Shown one piece after another: positions 37,152-46,524 of a DNA stretch of 64,000 nucleotides. The notes beneath the pieces were generated by a model, which had not been told where the DNA came from, did not search any database, and saw only the letters and a program-made list of their open reading frames with translations. Source of the stretch: a virus. Location of the stretch: positions 18,173-82,172 of the IMG/VR virus record IMGVR_UViG_3300009610_000003. The stretch is one strand, 5' to 3'. Position numbers and translations under genes: made by a program. How positions within the stretch are numbered: the stretch's first letter is position 1; the number at the start of each line of letters is the position of its first letter.

Positions 37152-37711
37152 AGTCCCAGCAACTCCATGGTCTTGGTCATCGCCTCGGCGCGTGGCAGCA
37201 TGAACACGTTCAGGCCAATTTTCCGGTTGTTCCGGGTCGTGACGATCAGCGACCGGTGCTTGTTCCGGGTGTGAACCTCGTTGAACGGGTTGGGGCTTTG
37301 CGCTGCCTCGCGGCGCGCGTAGATCGACGCCAGACACTCGTCTATCGTGGTGGCCAGCAGGATGACGGTGAGGCCCCCGGCGGCGTCCAGCTTGCGCAGG
37401 CGGGGTTTCCCCCAGCTACCCACCAGCAGCCCTTCAAACAGCACGTTCTGGCCCCGCAGGGCCTCGGCGACGATCAACGCTTCCTGATCGTTGGCCGCCC
37501 CCGGCCACGTCTGCGCGTCGCAGCCACCGGTCGCCTCATCGTAGCGCCCGATGACCGTCAGCTTGGCCTTGTCCCAGATGTAGGCCCCGACCTTGCGCCG
37601 TGGCCCGAGCGGGAGCTTGAGCGCCTTGTCCATGCCCCCGGCCCGTGCCATCGCCTCGCGGGCGATGAAGCTCTTGCCGGAACCCGACGCACCTCTCAAC
37701 AGCACAATCAT
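37148..37711 (-). CDS. P-loop nucleotide kinase of base-modification clusters
   Basis: LRGASGSGKS, IGRY...TGGCD, VLFEGLL, CLASI.ARR. Confidence 0.8.
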   Translation of the reverse strand: MIVLLRGASGSGKSFIAREAMARAGGMDKALKLPLGPRRKVGAYIWDKAKLTVIGRYDEATGGCDAQTWPGAANDQEALIVAEALRGQNVLFEGLLVGSWGKPRLRKLDAAGGLTVILLATTIDECLASIYARREAAQSPNPFNEVHTRNKHRSLIVTTRNNRKIGLNVFMLPRAEAMTKTMELLGL

Positions 37712-38148
37712 GGGCGATCCATTAGATACTGCTTAAAGTATTCGTTGGCGAGCGCGCCCTTCCGAACCTGCTTCACGGCCTCGATTGCCTCGGCTCCGGT
37801 CAGGCCCCGCAGCCGCATCAGGGCCAATGCCGCCACCAACCCCGAGCGGTTGCGTCCGCCCCAGCAATGCACCAGCGCGCAGCCGCCCTCCCGGATGTGG
37901 CGTTCGACACGCACGGCGGCATACTCGGCGACGATTGCCGCTTCGCCCGTGACCTTGCCGTCTGGCATGGTCTTCTGCTCGTACCAGCCCACCAGTTCGC
38001 GCACCCGCGCATCGGGCGTGTGCCACAGGTTCATCACGCCGGTAATGTCATGGTCGCCAATCAGGTAACGCACTTCGTTATCGGTCAAGGTGTGGGTTCG
38101 CGCCGACAGGTACATCCGGCCCGGCATCAACTCGTAGACCCGCATCAT
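37708..38148 (-). CDS. Dual-specificity/PTP-like phosphatase
   Basis: LVHCWGGRNRSG (HCx5R), A.EAV..VRKGALAN..F. Confidence 0.9.
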   Translation of the reverse strand: MMRVYELMPGRMYLSARTHTLTDNEVRYLIGDHDITGVMNLWHTPDARVRELVGWYEQKTMPDGKVTGEAAIVAEYAAVRVERHIREGGCALVHCWGGRNRSGLVAALALMRLRGLTGAEAIEAVKQVRKGALANEYFKQYLMDRP

Positions 38149-39146
38149 GCCGACCATTCCTTCGGATGCGCAAAGTCAGTGGTGGAAAGGTAGTTGAACC
38201 GCAGGTCTGACCACGTGTAGCCATGGTCGGCCAGCGATGCCGCCGCGTCTTTGCGCGGCTTGTCCCAGCCCATCATTTCGCCGAGATGCTTGAACGGGAA
38301 CAGCTTCTTGCGCGCCTGCCAGATGGCCGATGTGTATTCCCACTCGTCCTCGGCCCGCCGGGCATATCTCAGTTCGCTGTCGTGGCTGCGGCCCGGATAG
38401 AACTTCTTGCTTTCCCAGCTTTCGCGGTATTCGCACAGCAGCACCTGAAGCTGGAACATATCGATCTTGATGCCGTGGTCGTCGTCCAGCAGCGCCAGCG
38501 CGTCTTCGCAGCTTTCGTGCGCCAGCTTCAGGGCTTCCTTGGAATTGTCCCTGTTGCCCAGCCCCCGGTCGGGGAACAGGTAGCCGAGCGTGTGCCTCGG
38601 TGACCACGCGGCGAAGGGCCGGATGTCGGGCGTGCGCACCGGCAGGTCGTGGAAGCGCCGCAGGTATTCGATGAGCTTGATGGCCGCGTACCTGCCCACC
38701 GTCTCGATCTTCAGCACGTGTTCCCACGCGATTTCGAACCCCTCTTCCGGGGTGGCCGCGTCAAAGCACCGTTCGCACAGCTTGTCGTAGATGCCGATGA
38801 AGTGCTGGCAGTCGCGCAGGTATTCATACATCTGGTCCGGGCGGCGCGCGGCGCGGCGTTCGATGCGCGTGGTGATGTGGCCTCGGGCAAAGGCGGTGTC
38901 CAGCCAGTGGCGCATCCACTGAGGGCTTTCCATGCACTTGCTGAAGGGCAGGCCGCGCCACAGCACCTCGCCGTAGGGCACGTTGTAGACGCCGATGTAG
39001 CAGCACCCCCGCCATATCGCTTCCTCGTCGCTAGCGGCGTCCTTGGCCATCTCGAATACCGTGGGCAACTGCGGGTCGGGGCCGCCGCTCGCAAGCTCCC
39101 ACTTGCAGAACTCGGCGAAGAATTTCCGGTGTTCCTCGGTGTTCAT
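38145..39146 (-). CDS. aGPT-Pplase2 / amino-acid:DNA transferase-like protein
   Basis: GGPDP, Y.GVYN, HhH-like VGRYAAIKLIEYL, QVLLCEY..FYPGRSHD. Assignment rests on motif resemblance plus gene context. Confidence 0.7.
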   Translation of the reverse strand: MNTEEHRKFFAEFCKWELASGGPDPQLPTVFEMAKDAASDEEAIWRGCCYIGVYNVPYGEVLWRGLPFSKCMESPQWMRHWLDTAFARGHITTRIERRAARRPDQMYEYLRDCQHFIGIYDKLCERCFDAATPEEGFEIAWEHVLKIETVGRYAAIKLIEYLRRFHDLPVRTPDIRPFAAWSPRHTLGYLFPDRGLGNRDNSKEALKLAHESCEDALALLDDDHGIKIDMFQLQVLLCEYRESWESKKFYPGRSHDSELRYARRAEDEWEYTSAIWQARKKLFPFKHLGEMMGWDKPRKDAAASLADHGYTWSDLRFNYLSTTDFAHPKEWSA

Positions 39147-40072
39147 TTCGTGAACCATGACAACTCCAATCCAAAACGCTTGCCCTGACCCTCGGTGCAT
39201 TTGTCGCAGGGTTTCTGCGCCCCCCGGTCACGCGCGATCAGGTTGGCGCGCACCTCGTCGTAGGCGTCCCACAGGTCGGGAAGCGACCGTTCCGGGAAGC
39301 TCCCGATGATGTGGGCATCTCCCCAGTCATCGCAGCAAAAGGGCACCGAGCCGTCGAACCACATCGGCATTTCTCTGAACGGCCTGACGCACATCCGGGC
39401 CAGCGGCGCAGCTACGGGTCGGACGTTTGGATAAATCTTGGATGCCCGGCCCGGCCCTACGTCAGCAAATCCACCTTGGTTGTGGTAGTGCAGGATGACG
39501 TTCTCGCGCGGCACGCGGCCTAGCTCGCTCTTGTAGGTGGTGGCGTCCTTGATGATGAGCGCCCGCCAGTTGGGGCCTCGGTAGCCGTAGGGGCTCATGG
39601 CCTCGTCGCCGAAGAACAGGTCGGCGGCACCCTTGAACAGCACCGTGAACTCGCGCAGGCGCTTGGGTGTGTAGCAGTCGAGCAGGAAGCAGTTGACACC
39701 CTCGGCCTGCGCTTCGGCGACCCATTCCCTAAACAGCGGCAGGCCCAGCACGTTGACCAGATCGCCGTTGGTGCTGACGAGGAACTGTGCCTGCGGCAAC
39801 AGCTTGCGGGCGATGCGGATGAACCTGATGAACTGGGGGTGCATCGTCGGCTCGCCACGGTTGGCGATTTCAATTCTGACCTTCGGTTTCCAATCTCTCA
39901 CGGCCCGACAATAGTCGATCCATAAGTCTTCGTGCATGAACTGGTAGGGGCCTTCGGCCCATGTCTGGTTGCGCAAGCCGCAGAAGACGCATCGCATGGT
40001 GCAGCCGCGCACGAATTCCGGCTTCAGCGTGTACGGCAGATGCCGCCCGCCTGTATTTCCCATCGAAGTCAC
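39143..40072 (-). CDS. Radical SAM enzyme with SPASM/twitch-like C-terminus
   Basis: CTMRCVFC (CxxxCxxC), RGEPTMHP, STNG, CVRPF..DGSVPFCCDDW..PCDKC. Confidence 0.9.
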   Translation of the reverse strand: MTSMGNTGGRHLPYTLKPEFVRGCTMRCVFCGLRNQTWAEGPYQFMHEDLWIDYCRAVRDWKPKVRIEIANRGEPTMHPQFIRFIRIARKLLPQAQFLVSTNGDLVNVLGLPLFREWVAEAQAEGVNCFLLDCYTPKRLREFTVLFKGAADLFFGDEAMSPYGYRGPNWRALIIKDATTYKSELGRVPRENVILHYHNQGGFADVGPGRASKIYPNVRPVAAPLARMCVRPFREMPMWFDGSVPFCCDDWGDAHIIGSFPERSLPDLWDAYDEVRANLIARDRGAQKPCDKCTEGQGKRFGLELSWFTK

Positions 40073-40080
40073 TCCCCTTC

Positions 40081-40223
40081 GAAGAAAACGGCGGCCCAGT
40101 TTTTAAGCTGAGCCGCCGCCCGACAGCGGAACGTGCCGACCAAGGCGCGTCTACCCGCTGTCTTAACCACCTTTCTCAACCCCAAGAAGCCAACCACGGC
40201 CTTCTGGGGGAACCGGGTGGTTA
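40081..40223 (-). promoter_or_regulatory. Structured leader (three hairpins) ending in a terminator-like stem
   Basis: On the minus strand: TAACCACC..GGTGGTTA, GACAGCGG..CCGCTGTC, CGGCGGCTCAG..CTGGGCCGCCG-TTTTCTT. Confidence 0.5.
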
Positions 40224-40553
40224 TGCGTGTATCTGTGTCGGCGACGGACTAAACACGTGGTGCACTATCGGCCCGACGATGAACGTTCCCACATAGTCAT
40301 CGGCAGCGTCGATTGGCACCTCGCCCCCGGTCGCCACCAGCACGATGGCGCGCTTTTCCAGCGGCATGTCCGGGGCGACGAGGAACCACACGCACAGCAC
40401 GCTGTCCGGGTCGGGACCAACGTGCAGTGCTTTCGCGCCCTGCGGTATCTCATGCACCGTCAACTGTTGCGCGGCCACGGGGTATTTCCAGATCGTACCC
40501 ATGGGCGGGCCGTTATCTGGCGCTGGCCCAGCACGGGCGTTTGTCGTTTGCAT
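40221..40553 (-). CDS. Conserved phage hypothetical protein
   Basis: TIWKYP..IPQGA..LHVG..CVW.LV..TG..YVGTF..HHVF. Confidence 0.75.
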   Translation of the reverse strand: MQTTNARAGPAPDNGPPMGTIWKYPVAAQQLTVHEIPQGAKALHVGPDPDSVLCVWFLVAPDMPLEKRAIVLVATGGEVPIDAADDYVGTFIVGPIVHHVFSPSPTQIHA

Positions 40554-40577
40554 GGATGTTCCTTTTCTCATCGGCGA

Positions 40578-40606
40578 AGCATACGATCCTTATTAATTCG
40601 CCGCCA
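40578..40606 (-). promoter_or_regulatory. AAGGATCG-class promoter heading the modification operon
   Basis: TGGCGG-cgaattaatAAGGATCG-TATGCT (17-bp spacer). Confidence 0.6.
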
Positions 40607-40616
40607 GCTTATTCCT

Positions 40617-41756
40617 TTATTTGGTGACCTCGTAGCCCTTGTGAACGACGCCCAGTTTCTCGTCGCCTCGGCCATGGCTGGTGCGCCACCAGCGCTTTGC
40701 CGGGCACTTCTGGCAATGATACCTGTCCGGGGTCACCGGTTCCCACTCATGCGTGCAGGCGGGTATGCGGCGGCTTTGGCACCAGTGCCCGCGCACCGAG
40801 TGGTAGCGGTGGTGCCTGTCGGTGTGTCCGCCCTCGGTGACGCGCCGGTAGCTTTCCTGCGGGCTCAGGTGCAACTTGACGCTGTTGTGGCTGACCAGCA
40901 CCTGACTGTGCCCCTTGAGCAATATGCGCTTGTGCGGCTCGTCAGTGACCATCAGCACGTGCTTCGTGGGCCGCGTCAGCAAGAGCAGCATGATGATGAT
41001 CTGCTTCATGCTGCCAGCGGAAGAGCGCAGGGTTCGCAGCTTGTCCACGACCGTCATCTTGTCGAACGGCGGCTTGCTGTAAAATTCGAAGCTGTGGCTG
41101 CGGCAAATCTCGTTGGCCACATGCGTGTTCCACCACTTCCCCTCAAGACCGGGGTCGCCATAGATCATCTTCCGCAGCATCAGCCGCGACGTGTTCAGTT
41201 CCTGCGCCAGTTCCAGTTCCCGTTCGAACGTCATCGGGCGGTGCAAGTGGTAGATCAGCGGGGTGACGCCAACATCGTCCAGACCGAGTGCCGTGGTGGT
41301 TTTCCGCCGCGCCTCGGACGCCGAGTAGACCTTGCCATGATCGAAGAAGTAGCCCACCCGCGTGTCGGCGGTCGGGTCGTCGGGGTTCATGCCGGGGATG
41401 ACCTCGGCGTAGGCGCGGAAATCCATTTCCAGCCACGTAAGCTGGTGCGGCGGTCGGGCAAATTCATGCTGTTCCAGCATCAGCGGCGCGGCCTTATTGA
41501 CCAGTTCGCCGACCAGACGACTGGCCGGTGCATCCAGCACAAAGCGATGCGCCATGCGCAGGCTGAGCGGCGAGATGCCGCTGTAGTTCAGCGCCTTCTG
41601 GTTGGCCAGCAGCTTGTCGATCAGGTTGGGCTGCGGCTTGGGCTTCCTGACGAAGCCCCGCAGCAAGCCGTCGATGTCTTTCTGGGTGCCGCCGTGCGCC
41701 TGCTTGAGGGCAGTGCGCACGGTCTTTGAGGGGGTGCCAGCGGGGAAGGTGGTCAT
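40617..41756 (-). CDS. Hypothetical protein (379 aa)
   Basis: Long ORF coupled to the helicase. C-terminal HSVRGHW..C.H..C.KC..WWRTSH.RGD motif. Confidence 0.75.
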   Translation of the reverse strand: MTTFPAGTPSKTVRTALKQAHGGTQKDIDGLLRGFVRKPKPQPNLIDKLLANQKALNYSGISPLSLRMAHRFVLDAPASRLVGELVNKAAPLMLEQHEFARPPHQLTWLEMDFRAYAEVIPGMNPDDPTADTRVGYFFDHGKVYSASEARRKTTTALGLDDVGVTPLIYHLHRPMTFERELELAQELNTSRLMLRKMIYGDPGLEGKWWNTHVANEICRSHSFEFYSKPPFDKMTVVDKLRTLRSSAGSMKQIIIMLLLLTRPTKHVLMVTDEPHKRILLKGHSQVLVSHNSVKLHLSPQESYRRVTEGGHTDRHHRYHSVRGHWCQSRRIPACTHEWEPVTPDRYHCQKCPAKRWWRTSHGRGDEKLGVVHKGYEVTK

Positions 41757-43351
41757 GACGCCACCTCTTCCACCGGCTTCTTGGCCGCCTTCATGAGGTC
41801 AGCCGGGGTCGGCATCGGCACGTCGATCAGGGCTTCCTGAGCCCGCGTCACGGCGACATAGGCGAGGTTGATTTCCTGCTCTTGCTGCCATTCCTGAACC
41901 GCACGCGGGGACGGGAGGATTTCGCCACGGCCCAGAATGTGAACCACCGGCCACTCAAGCCCCTTGCTCTTGTGAACGCTGCTCAGGATGACCTGACCAG
42001 CCGAGCCCTCAAGGGCGGTATCGGCGAACATGCCAGACACCATGGTCTGCATCTCGGCGACCGTCTGAAGGCCCTGCTCACGGGCACGTTCCAAGAGGCA
42101 TACGATGGTCGCCTGCTTGTCTTCGTGACGGGCCAGCTTGGCTTCATCGGCCCCGGCCTTGGCACGCTCGCGGGCATCCCACTTGATCAGCTTGGTTTCG
42201 AAAGCGTCGAGGCTCTTGACCTTCCAGCGTCCGACCAGATCAACGAGGCCCTTGCCGATTTCACGGCCTTCGATCTTGGCGGCCTTGCCAGCGCGGATGA
42301 GGCGGAAGCAAAGTTCCACCAGCGGGGCGTTGAAGCGGCACAGGACGGCATGGCCCGGCTGGATGGTATCGACCATCTGGCGGTAGCTGATCGCGCTCAC
42401 CGAGCCTTCCAGCGCCGTAGGTGCGGCGTGGATGTGATCGACGTACTGACGAGCGACGGCAACCACCGCCTGCGGGCAGCGCCATGACACCGACAGCGAC
42501 ATCGTGGCCGCACCGAAAATCTGCCGGATCAAATCAAGCGAGCGGTTATCGGCACCGGTAAATCCGAAAATGGCCTGATGGGGGTCGCCAACCGCGACGA
42601 GCCTGCCCGTGCCCGGCTTGAGCATCCGGCGGGCAATTTCGCGACGAACGGAATTCGTATCCTGCGCCTCGTCAATCAGAACCCAGTCTTTTTTCCAAAA
42701 ACGAAGGTTCATCAGCAGGGGGAGGTAGCACATATCATCGAAGTCAATGATCGTGCGCTGAGCGTTCGAAGCCTTCAGGGCGGCATCGGCGAGCGACACC
42801 AGCGTGTTGATGTCATAGTCGTCGGACAGGCCATCGGCCACATCGTGGCGGTTGATAAGCTCAACCCAGTAATGGGGCTTCACGATTTCGACCAAGCCAC
42901 GGCAAAAGAAACCGGTCTGCTTGGCAAGCGACACCAGCTTGCAGATCGCACCAGCTTCCCCGGCCTCGGGCTCGCGGTTCATGTCCGCGAACATTTCGTT
43001 CACGATGTTCATGACCTTTTTGCCCTTGTCGTCCACCGTGAAACCAGTGGCCTTCAGGGCGTAACGCAGGGCCGAGAAGCCAGCGGAATGGAAAGTAGCA
43101 GCGGTCTTGCCGTTGCTGCCCATGGCTTCCAAGCCCATGTCGGCGAGGCGGCCCTTAAGCTCAGCGGCCATCTTGGTGTTGTAAGCGCCCAAGAAGACTT
43201 CGCCATTCATGCGCTTAACGCCTTCCATCAGGGTGGAAGTCTTGCCAGCGCCCGCGACGGCCTCAAGAACGCATGAGCCCGTGCCGTTAGAAATCCAGTC
43301 AAGGAAGACGGCCTGTTCCGGCGACGGGGTGAAAACTTTGGTGGTGGTCAT
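41753..43351 (-). CDS. UvrD/Rep-like SF1 helicase
   Basis: AVAGAGKT, TFHS, DFDDM, IDEAQD, VGDPHQAIFGF, SVHKSKGLEW, YVAVTRA. Confidence 0.95.
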   Translation of the reverse strand: MTTTKVFTPSPEQAVFLDWISNGTGSCVLEAVAGAGKTSTLMEGVKRMNGEVFLGAYNTKMAAELKGRLADMGLEAMGSNGKTAATFHSAGFSALRYALKATGFTVDDKGKKVMNIVNEMFADMNREPEAGEAGAICKLVSLAKQTGFFCRGLVEIVKPHYWVELINRHDVADGLSDDYDINTLVSLADAALKASNAQRTIIDFDDMCYLPLLMNLRFWKKDWVLIDEAQDTNSVRREIARRMLKPGTGRLVAVGDPHQAIFGFTGADNRSLDLIRQIFGAATMSLSVSWRCPQAVVAVARQYVDHIHAAPTALEGSVSAISYRQMVDTIQPGHAVLCRFNAPLVELCFRLIRAGKAAKIEGREIGKGLVDLVGRWKVKSLDAFETKLIKWDARERAKAGADEAKLARHEDKQATIVCLLERAREQGLQTVAEMQTMVSGMFADTALEGSAGQVILSSVHKSKGLEWPVVHILGRGEILPSPRAVQEWQQEQEINLAYVAVTRAQEALIDVPMPTPADLMKAAKKPVEEVAS

Positions 43352-43525
43352 TGTGGTTGGCTTTCGTGGTTGGTTGGTCGGTGGGGGCCGCTGGTTGGGC
43401 GACCCGATGTGTTCCTTACCCGTGCCCCGTTACGAAGTAAAGGGTTATTCGGATCGTACCGCGATTTTATTTGCCGCCCCCCGCCACGTCTGCTACAGAT
43501 GGTCGTAGCAGCTAACCCATTGAAA

Positions 43526-43987
43526 TCAAAAGGGAATCTCGTCGTCCAGAAGCTTACGTGTGCTTTGCTGCGAGGGCTTGGCCGTGACCTTGACATCGGC
43601 CTTGGGCCGACGCTCTTCCTGCCGGTCAACATCGCTCTGCGTGCTGCCCTGCGACATAAGCTGGACGCTGCCACCGAACCGGGGGACGACGATTTCGGTG
43701 ACCCACCGCTCTTGGTTGTCCCGGTCGAGATACTTGCGGGTTTCAATGGTGCCTTCAATGCACACTGTGTCGCCCTTCTTCGCGTACTGGCGCAGGAAGT
43801 TTGCGCCATGTTCGTTGAAGACGGTTACGTTGTGCCACTGCGTGCGTTCCTGACGCTCGCCCGTCTGCTTGTCCTTCCAGCTTTCGCTGGTCGCCACGCG
43901 ACACGTCACGAAGCCGTCACGGCCCTTGACCTCGGGGTCGGCACCGAGCCGCCCCATGATGATCGCCTTGTTTATGTTGATTGCCAT
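43526..43987 (-). CDS. ssb: Single-stranded DNA-binding protein
   Basis: INKAIIMGRLGADPE, ERTQWHNV, C-terminal DDEIPF. Confidence 0.95.
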   Translation of the reverse strand: MAININKAIIMGRLGADPEVKGRDGFVTCRVATSESWKDKQTGERQERTQWHNVTVFNEHGANFLRQYAKKGDTVCIEGTIETRKYLDRDNQERWVTEIVVPRFGGSVQLMSQGSTQSDVDRQEERRPKADVKVTAKPSQQSTRKLLDDEIPF

Positions 43988-44000
43988 TTCGGTTCCTTCT

Positions 44001-44303
44001 CTAACAGTCATTGACCAGAAGCTGGGTGGCATGGAATGCCGCCTGCATCTGCTTGAAGTCGGGTTTGTAATGCTCGCTGATCGGCTGGCTGGCGTAGCCG
44101 CTGACGATCTGCACGCCACAGCCCTCGCATTCCCACAGGTCGGCCAACCAGACCTTGTAGGGCGTCCAGCGGTGCGGTTCCTGCGTCCCCGGCAGCGCCC
44201 TGTGCGGGATGTCATCCCCTTTGGGCATCATCTCGGTGAGCGCGTAGCCATTCTTCTGGACGCGGAAGAACCGTTGGCAGCGGACGCAGACTGGCTTGGG
44301 CAT
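44001..44303 (-). CDS. Zinc-ribbon protein
   Basis: PVCVRC..ADLWECEGCG, AGGAG RBS. Confidence 0.7.
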   Translation of the reverse strand: MPKPVCVRCQRFFRVQKNGYALTEMMPKGDDIPHRALPGTQEPHRWTPYKVWLADLWECEGCGVQIVSGYASQPISEHYKPDFKQMQAAFHATQLLVNDC

Positions 44304-44611
44304 TATCTCTCCTGATATTTCCGGTGCTGGAACCAGAACCCGGCGTACAGGTCGTGCAACTCGTCGTCGCGGACGCTGTCCTTGAAATTCGGGTAGTCGA
44401 TTTCCCGGACCCGCTTGGCGACGATGAACGCGAACAGCTTCTTGGTGACGAACACCCGGAACCGATAGTCGGTGTCTTCCGACCGGTGGACCTTGTAGCC
44501 GGGGAACAGTCGCTCAAGATGCTTGCGCTTGCGCGCCCGCACCTTGAGCAGGTTGGGCTTGGTTTCGTGCTGAACAGCCGAAACGAAAGCGTCGTTGAAA
44601 CATATCCACAT
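44303..44611 (-). CDS. Conserved phage hypothetical protein
   Basis: MWICFNDAFVSAV..LKVRAR..TDYRFR..IDYPNFK. Confidence 0.8.
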   Translation of the reverse strand: MWICFNDAFVSAVQHETKPNLLKVRARKRKHLERLFPGYKVHRSEDTDYRFRVFVTKKLFAFIVAKRVREIDYPNFKDSVRDDELHDLYAGFWFQHRKYQER

Positions 44612-44615
44612 TAGC

Positions 44616-44957
44616 TCAAGTATTCTCCTCTTCCCCTGATGGCGGTTCCCCCAATTGTGATTTACGTTGCTTCCGGCTAAGCTTATATCGTCTCATGATC
44701 TGATTGCGCAGCTTCATGATATGGGCGAGCTTGCAATCTTGAAGATCAATATACACACTATTTTCATGAACGTGACCTTGGGCATAGTCACGGATCATTA
44801 TGGCCATCAGCACATCATCAATTACCATTTTGCCTTCAACAGCTTCAAAGTCATAAATCGCCATTGCATAGCTTTGATATATCGGGTCTTCCCACAGCGC
44901 CTCGTTGATTTCATCAACGGCGTCGATGAGTGTTTCTGCCTTCTTGGCGGTTTCCAT
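44616..44957 (-). CDS. Hypothetical protein, paralog of 46093-46485
   Basis: Shared W E.P.Y, AVEG..V.DD, RDYA, KLA and RRYKL.RK.RK. Noticeably more AT-rich. Confidence 0.7.
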   Translation of the reverse strand: METAKKAETLIDAVDEINEALWEDPIYQSYAMAIYDFEAVEGKMVIDDVLMAIMIRDYAQGHVHENSVYIDLQDCKLAHIMKLRNQIMRRYKLSRKQRKSQLGEPPSGEEENT

Positions 44958-44962
44958 GGCCT

Positions 44963-46024
44963 TTACCCCTTCGCCATTTTACGTTCACGTTCCGCAGCCT
45001 TGGCCGCTGCCGCACGGGCCTTTGCCTCTGCAAAGGTTGCAGGCGGTCGCTGGAACATATCGACCGGCTTTTCCTTCTCGTTGCACAGCGCAAGCTCGTA
45101 ATGCCGGATGATGCGGAACGCCTCGTTGAAGTCGGCCACCAGCTTGGGGCTGGGGTTCAGGTGATGAAGACCATCGGGGTGCAGACATTTGACCAGCTTG
45201 CGATATTCATCAGCCGTCAGCACGCCCTTGCGATGCTTGATGGTGTTGAACAGTTCCTCATATTTCCGGTTCCAAGCAGGAAAGATCATCTCGTCCATGC
45301 GCTTCTGAACCTCAGCTTGCACCGCTGTTTCTAATTCCAGTTGGAACCGCTTTTTTTCAGCGCGTACCATCGCGTCGAACTTCTCCTGCATGGTCTTCGA
45401 CAGTTCAGGCTTGCTCTGGGGCGCATATTCCGCCCGCACACGCTCTTCGGTTTCCCGCCGCACGATTGCTTCCATGGCAATGATCGGGCTGACGTTTGCT
45501 TCCTCGCAGATCAGGGTGCGCGTGATCGGCTCACCCGCCAGCTTGCGCCGGTCATAGGCGTGCAGGGCGCGTTCCAGCGTCTCGCGTTCCTTGGGGTCTG
45601 GGTTGGCGTCAGGTGCCTTGGGCGCGGGCTTGGTGTCCGGGGCCTCGGGCGCGGGCTTGGCCTTGGCCTTCGGTTTCGCCACGTGGCGAAACCTAGACTT
45701 AAACTCCGTGCGGTGGATATGTCGCAAAGATCGCCGCTCGGTGGCTTCAAGCACCGCACGCGCCACCTCGGGCTGCTTACCCATGGCAATGGCGGCAGCA
45801 CGGTCATCGTCCGATAGCGCCAGTTTCTGTTCTTTCAGCCAATCGCCGAATTGCCGGTCAGCCTTGAACATGGCCCGCGCCTCTGCGAGGTACGTACACA
45901 AGTTCAGCGCGCCCCGCGCCCACTCGGCCTTTCCACGTTCACAGGCGAGCAGCGCCCCCCGAATTTCACCAGCAAGCTGTTCCAGCTTGTCGTGGTTCGT
46001 TGTCGATGTCGTCATGTCGTTCAT
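44963..46024 (-). CDS. Putative DNA-binding protein (DUF3102-like N-terminus, J-like HPD C-terminus)
   Basis: LAEARAMF..DRQFGDWL and EYRKLVKCLHPD..FNEAF. Contains palindrome copy 2. Confidence 0.65.
   Translation of the reverse strand: MNDMTTSTTNHDKLEQLAGEIRGALLACERGKAEWARGALNLCTYLAEARAMFKADRQFGDWLKEQKLALSDDDRAAAIAMGKQPEVARAVLEATERRSLRHIHRTEFKSRFRHVAKPKAKAKPAPEAPDTKPAPKAPDANPDPKERETLERALHAYDRRKLAGEPITRTLICEEANVSPIIAMEAIVRRETEERVRAEYAPQSKPELSKTMQEKFDAMVRAEKKRFQLELETAVQAEVQKRMDEMIFPAWNRKYEELFNTIKHRKGVLTADEYRKLVKCLHPDGLHHLNPSPKLVADFNEAFRIIRHYELALCNEKEKPVDMFQRPPATFAEAKARAAAAKAAERERKMAKG
45668..45694. repeat. Perfect 22-bp palindrome, copy 2 (intragenic)
   Basis: GGTTTCGCCACGTGGCGAAACC at 45672-45693. 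Confidence 0.9.
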
Positions 46025-46092
46025 TCCCATAGCCCCGTGAAAGAGGAAGAGGGGGTATCGCCCCTCTTCCAAGCTTCAGTTCCAGTTGCGGA

Positions 46093-46485
46093 TTATTCCT
46101 GTTCGCCGACGCCGCCCTCGGACGGGACGACTTCGCCGCCGACCGTGAACTTGCGCAGCTTGCGCGTCAGCTTGTAGCGCCGCAGCACCACACTCTGAGC
46201 CAGCTTGATGGCGTGCAGTTTCTCGTGTGCCACGCTCGGGAAGTTGTTTTCCTTGGCGTAGTCACGCAGGAACCGGGCGGCTGCATAGTCGTCAGCCACC
46301 AAGGAACCTTCCACAGCGCTGCCGTCTTCAACGGCAGTCAGCAGGCGCGTATAGTCGGGGTTTTCCCATACCAGATCGATGATCTGTTCAACCGTGTCGT
46401 TCAGGTTGGGAAGCTGCTTGACGGCCCGGTTGGCCCGGAACTCGTCGCGGGTCGCCGGAAGCGGCGGAACGTATATGTTTGCCAT
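46093..46485 (-). CDS. Hypothetical protein, paralog of 44616-44957
   Basis: AAGGAG RBS and its own promoter. Confidence 0.8.
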   Translation of the reverse strand: MANIYVPPLPATRDEFRANRAVKQLPNLNDTVEQIIDLVWENPDYTRLLTAVEDGSAVEGSLVADDYAAARFLRDYAKENNFPSVAHEKLHAIKLAQSVVLRRYKLTRKLRKFTVGGEVVPSEGGVGEQE

Positions 46486-46524
46486 TTACTTTCTCCTTCA
46501 CTGGCCACAATGCCAGCGAGGAAT

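Noticed and set aside
34289-40072. 2-aminoadenine (PurZ) or 7-deazaguanine (DpdA/Que) modification system
   Set aside because: No PurZ, FolE, QueC, QueD or DpdA motifs are seen. The radical SAM has a SPASM-like tail and does not look like QueE.
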